Below, in pieces: positions 59,921 through 64,000 of a stretch of DNA of 64,000 nt. Numbering within the stretch: the stretch's first letter is position 1; every line of letters begins with the position of its first letter. The notes beneath the pieces were generated by a model. The model saw only the letters and a program-made list of their open reading frames with translations, did no database searches and was not told where the DNA came from. Origin of the DNA: an uncultured bacterium (lineage in GTDB: Bacteria; Desulfobacterota_D; UBA1144; Nemesobacterales; UBA2774); the NCBI GenBank assembly GCA_963825135.1, contig CAWGRW010000009.1, forward strand, positions 1,120,001 to 1,184,000, written 5' to 3'. A program made the translations under genes and the position numbers.

Positions 59921-60078
59921 TCTTCATCTTCTTCAGATTCCGCCAGCTCCTGCTCGAGCAGTTCCATCATATCCTCATAATCCCCGCCTATGTAGCCGGA
60001 GTTTTCCGGGTCTTCGAGCATGTCAACGAGGTCTTTTATTTTTCTTTTACCTCTTTTACTAACTTTCTTTTCTTCCAT
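59902..60078 (-). CDS. Small hypothetical protein with basic N-terminus and acidic C-terminus
   Basis: GAGGTG RBS before ATG 60078. Strongly biased protein-like composition. Confidence 0.5.
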   Translation of the reverse strand: MEEKKVSKRGKRKIKDLVDMLEDPENSGYIGGDYEDMMELLEQELAESEEDEDQEEKE

Positions 60079-60312
60079 CGCTTTCACCTCACTTTAATAA
60101 ACTCATGTAATATTTTAACACATACTCCTTTCGACAATTAAAGCTCGAAAAGAAATTACGCCGGACAACGATCGTTATTCAAGAGAAAATAAAATTATAA
60201 GACCGCACGACTGAAAAGCAACTTTTGTTTTCTGTAAATTGTTCATAATCGGAAATAGAATATCAATCATGTTTTCATTGCGGCGAAATATTGTGATAAG
60301 CGATCATATTAT

Positions 60313-62508
60313 CTATTTAGCGAGAAGCTCGAGCGCTTTATGCAAATCCGTCGTCGGAAGGTTACAGATATAGTTTAAACAAACATATGCGGTCGCTTTC
60401 CCGTCGATTGAAGACTGCCCCCTGGTAAATTCCGCTACGTCCGTGATGCCGGATTCGCTGCCGGCACCTTTGAACAGGAGCACTTTATTCGGGTTGAACT
60501 GCTTTCTGAGCGCGTCCAGCATTTCTTTCGTGTCCGGCGACCTCGCGTCCCCCACTACCACTACTTCATATGACGGGCCTATCGCGAAATCGAGACTCGA
60601 AAGGAGCTGCGTATAAGCCATCGGAGCCCCCTCCACCGTGTGCGAAAACGCTCTCGCGAGCCTCGCGGCCATATCGTCATAGGACGTGTTTCCCGTTATC
60701 CTTCCGATCTTGAGAAGGTTCAGCATCGCGACCGAGTTGCCGGAGGGTATCGCGCCGTCATAAACCTCTTTCTGACGCGATATCAGTTCTTCCGCCCCAT
60801 GTGATGTGAAATAGAAGCCGCCGTTCTTCTCGTCCCAGAATAGTTCCGTCATATCGGTTTGAAGGTCGAGCGCGGCCTTCAGATATTTGAAGTCGAATGT
60901 GGCTTCGTACAGCTCAAGCAAGCCCCAGATAAAAAAAGAATAGTCGTCGACGCTCCCCCCTATCCCCGCTTCACCGTCCCTCCAGCGGTGCAGCAGACGC
61001 CCTTTGCCGTCCCTCATTTTGTCAAGCACGAAGTCCGCGGCGCGCCTCGCAGCATCGCTGTAGAGGGGCTCGCTGAAGACGCCTGAGCCTCGTGAGAGGG
61101 CCGCGATCATCAATCCGTTCCAGTCTGTCAGAACCTTATCGTCCTTATGCGGGTGCACCCTCTTTTCCCTTTCCTCGAAAAGCTTCTTCCTCGACTCTTC
61201 TATTCTGTCCCCGAACGCCTTAGCGCTCATTCCGAACGACTGCGCAAGCTCTTGCACAGGTTTCTTGAGATAGAGAATATTCGAGCCGGTTTTTTCCCCG
61301 GATGCCTCTTCGCTGAAGTTCCCGGATTTATCCACGTTATACGCTTTCATTATCAGCTCTGCGTCTTCCTTTCCCAAGACCGCAATTATTTCTTCGGCGG
61401 ACCATGCATAGAACTTACCCTCTACGCCTTCACTGTCCGCGTCTTCCGCTGAATAGAATCCTCCTTCGGGCGCCGTCATGTCCCTCATTACGTATGCGAA
61501 GACCTCCCGCGCCGTTTCCTCATACTGTTTTTTACCTGTGGCCTGATAGGCTTCCGTGTAAACCAGGGCGAGCATCGCCTGGTCGTACAGCATTTTTTCG
61601 AAGTGGGGAAGAAACCATCTGGGGTCAGTCGAATAGCGGTGGAATCCGAATCCGACGTGATCGTAGATACCGCCTTTCCGCATCGCGCCGAGGGTCGTCT
61701 CCACCATGGAAAGCGCCTGCCCGTCGCCTGTCCGTTTCCAGTACCGGAGGAGGAAAAGGAGGTTGTGGGCGGTCGGGAATTTGGGCGCCGTCCCGAACCC
61801 TCCGTTCGTCTCGTCGAATCTGCCCAGGAGCTGGTTGTAGCCGGCCGTCAGCGTCGCCGGACCGAGGTCGTTTCCCGCGGAGTCCTGCGACAGGTCGGTT
61901 GCTTGCTTCACCGCCGAAGTGATGCTGTCCGCGGACTTCAGAACTTCATCCCTCTGTTTTTCCCATACCTCCCTTATCCTGGGTACGAGCTCGACCATGC
62001 CTATACGACCGAACCGCGTTTCTTTCGGGAGATAGGTCCCCGCGAAGAACGGCTTCTTGTCGGGTGTCATGATAATATTCAGAGGCCATCCGCACCCGCC
62101 TTTGGAGAGGAGCTGACATACCGTCATGTATACGTTGTCTATGTCGGGCCTCTCTTCCCGGTCGACCTTGATCGAGACGAAAGACTCGTTCATCAGTTTT
62201 GCAACTTCCGGGTCCTCGAACGATTCGTGCTCCATCACATGGCACCAGTGACAGGTCGAGTATCCGATGGAAAGGAAAATCGGCTTGTCCTCGCGGGCGG
62301 CCTTTTCAAACGCTTCTTGTCCCCACGGGTACCAGTCGACGGGGTTGTCGGCGTGCTGGAGCAGGTATGGGCTCTTTTCGTTCTTGAGTCTATTTCGGCC
62401 GGTCATGGGTTCGGTTTTCTTAGCATTAGCCGATATGGTCAATCCGGGGCAGACGGCTGATGTGGAAAGTAGAGCCGTAACTATAAATGCGACTGCGGCG
62501 TAGCTCAA
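60313..62508 (-). CDS. YyaL/SSP411 thioredoxin-domain protein (DUF255)
   Basis: NRL...[40 protein letters not shown]....WNG. Confidence 0.92.
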   Translation of the reverse strand: MSYAAVAFIVTALLSTSAVCPGLTISANAKKTEPMTGRNRLKNEKSPYLLQHADNPVDWYPWGQEAFEKAAREDKPIFLSIGYSTCHWCHVMEHESFEDPEVAKLMNESFVSIKVDREERPDIDNVYMTVCQLLSKGGCGWPLNIIMTPDKKPFFAGTYLPKETRFGRIGMVELVPRIREVWEKQRDEVLKSADSITSAVKQATDLSQDSAGNDLGPATLTAGYNQLLGRFDETNGGFGTAPKFPTAHNLLFLLRYWKRTGDGQALSMVETTLGAMRKGGIYDHVGFGFHRYSTDPRWFLPHFEKMLYDQAMLALVYTEAYQATGKKQYEETAREVFAYVMRDMTAPEGGFYSAEDADSEGVEGKFYAWSAEEIIAVLGKEDAELIMKAYNVDKSGNFSEEASGEKTGSNILYLKKPVQELAQSFGMSAKAFGDRIEESRKKLFEEREKRVHPHKDDKVLTDWNGLMIAALSRGSGVFSEPLYSDAARRAADFVLDKMRDGKGRLLHRWRDGEAGIGGSVDDYSFFIWGLLELYEATFDFKYLKAALDLQTDMTELFWDEKNGGFYFTSHGAEELISRQKEVYDGAIPSGNSVAMLNLLKIGRITGNTSYDDMAARLARAFSHTVEGAPMAYTQLLSSLDFAIGPSYEVVVVGDARSPDTKEMLDALRKQFNPNKVLLFKGAGSESGITDVAEFTRGQSSIDGKATAYVCLNYICNLPTTDLHKALELLAK

Positions 62509-62692
62509 TATCGGATTCTTTGCTATCCCTATCGTCGTTCTCTCGCTGCATTATATTCTCATAACTGTATTTTACTGAGTTTACTGCCTGCCGTTATATT
62601 TACAAGTCGATACGTGGGACCGGAGAACCTCCTCTGGGGCCCGAAATATTCATAGCATGCTTTGTTGGTTATAATTGAGGTACGGACCGGAT

Positions 62693-64000
62693 ATGCAGAT
62701 ACTGGATGACAAGTACTCGAAGATCGTGCTCGAGGAGAAGCTGCTCCTTCAATCCCTCCTTGCCGAGATAAAGGAGCTCTCGGACACAGAGCTTGAGAAC
62801 AGGTTAAATTCAGTCCGCGAGAGCCTGGACAATCTATTCTCCCTGGTCTTTATAGGGGAGTTCAGCACGGGCAAATCGTCCATTATCAACGCCCTTCTGG
62901 GGCAGGACATCCTCCCGAAAGGCATTACGCCTACGACGGGCGAGATAACCGTGATAAAGCACGGTGAGCTCGACGCTGAGAAAGTTGAAAACGGGTGCCG
63001 GGTCATCTCGGTTCCCCAGGACAGACTGAAGGGGCTATTCATCGTCGATACCCCGGGCACCAACGTTACGATAGAGCAGCACGAGCGGCTTACTCAGGAT
63101 TATATTCCGAAGGCGGACATCGTGTTTTTTACGATCGGGGCCGAACGCGCCGTAACCGGAAGCGAAGCCAAGCTGATCAAATTTATTAAAGAGAGCTGGT
63201 TAAAAAATATTGTTTTCCTTTTGAACAAAATAGACATCGCGAAGGACGACGACGAGCTCAATTCACTGATACGCCACGCCGAAGGAGAGCTCGAACGTTC
63301 GTTCGGAATAAAACCGCACCTGATACCCGTTTCCGCGAAATTCGCCTGTGAGGGCAGGGCCGCTTCCGATGGGGACTTTATTCGCGAGAAGCGGTTTCGA
63401 AGGGCTTGAGAAATACATATTCAGCACTCTGAGCGAAGAAGAGCGTATAAAGATGAAGATCCGGGCGACCTCGGAATTCGCCGTCAGCCTTTGCGCGGAA
63501 ACGGAAAGAGCGCTCGACGGACACATCAACAGGATTTCAGAAGATATGCAGAGGCTCGGGGAATTCGAGAAGAAGCTCGACGCGATGAAGGATGAGATTG
63601 TGGAGAATTCCTCTCAATTTACCGAAAGGATAAGGAGCAGGCTCCTCGAATTTAAGACGAGGGGGATAGAGTATATAGACGAGCTGATAAGGTTCACAAA
63701 TATCTTCAAGCTAATGAGCAAACAGAAGATCGCGAAGGAGTTCGAGTACAGGGTTTCCCGTCAGACGGTGTCCGAGCTCGAAAAGGACCTGGACGCGATG
63801 GTCATGTGGACGGAAAAGTCTGCGCGGACACTGCTTGACAGCACGATCGAGTTTTATAACAAATCGATAAGGGCCGAGTCCTCGAACGTCACTACCGGCT
63901 TTATATACGACAGGACGAGGCTCGTGGATACCGTGAGGAGCGAGCTCGAAACGAAGAGAAAAGCGATAGACCCCGCAACCCTGGGCGGCAACCTCGTCGA
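62693..64000 (+). CDS. Bacterial dynamin-like GTPase, partial, with apparent +1 frameshift near 63371-63380
   Basis: GEFSTGKS, PTT, DTPG, NKID. After the shift the frame LFARSGFEGLEKYIF... stays open and helical to the window end. Confidence 0.82.

Overview
Bacterial chromosomal window that is gene-dense and mostly core or housekeeping. Gene content and style suggest a deltaproteobacteria-like lineage, possibly Dadabacteria/Desulfobacterota, but this is inference only. Recognisable genes: npdG, yjbQ, M42 peptidase, uvrA, uppP, an exported TldD-like protein, MFS plus methyltransferase, acs, rpmB, a DEAD-box helicase, tag, acyl-CoA dehydrogenase/TetR, clpS-clpA, degQ, ridA, thi4, rpsF-rpsR-rplI, hppA, prs-rplY-pth, tRNA-Leu(CAG), a sigma70 paralog, mnmG, a YyaL-like gene and a dynamin-like gene running off the end. 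The most notable block is an ~11 kb minus-strand metal-uptake superoperon (16983-28068). It has a Fur/Zur regulator with a palindromic operator over its own promoter, an ECF CbiMQO-type module, a DUF2946-like CxxC/RSPP leader ORF (candidate ribosome-arrest metal sensor) followed by a structured intergenic region, an outer-membrane channel, ZnuABC, a catalytically degenerate SNase-fold lipoprotein and a Zrg-like ABC module. Other highlights are a metallo-beta-lactamase-fold pseudonuclease ending in a beta-clamp motif (QLRLF), an S6 with an 8x15-bp tandem repeat tail, a Cys-type THI4, and three single-base frameshifts that look like assembly indels. I saw no CRISPR array, transposase, integrase or prophage.
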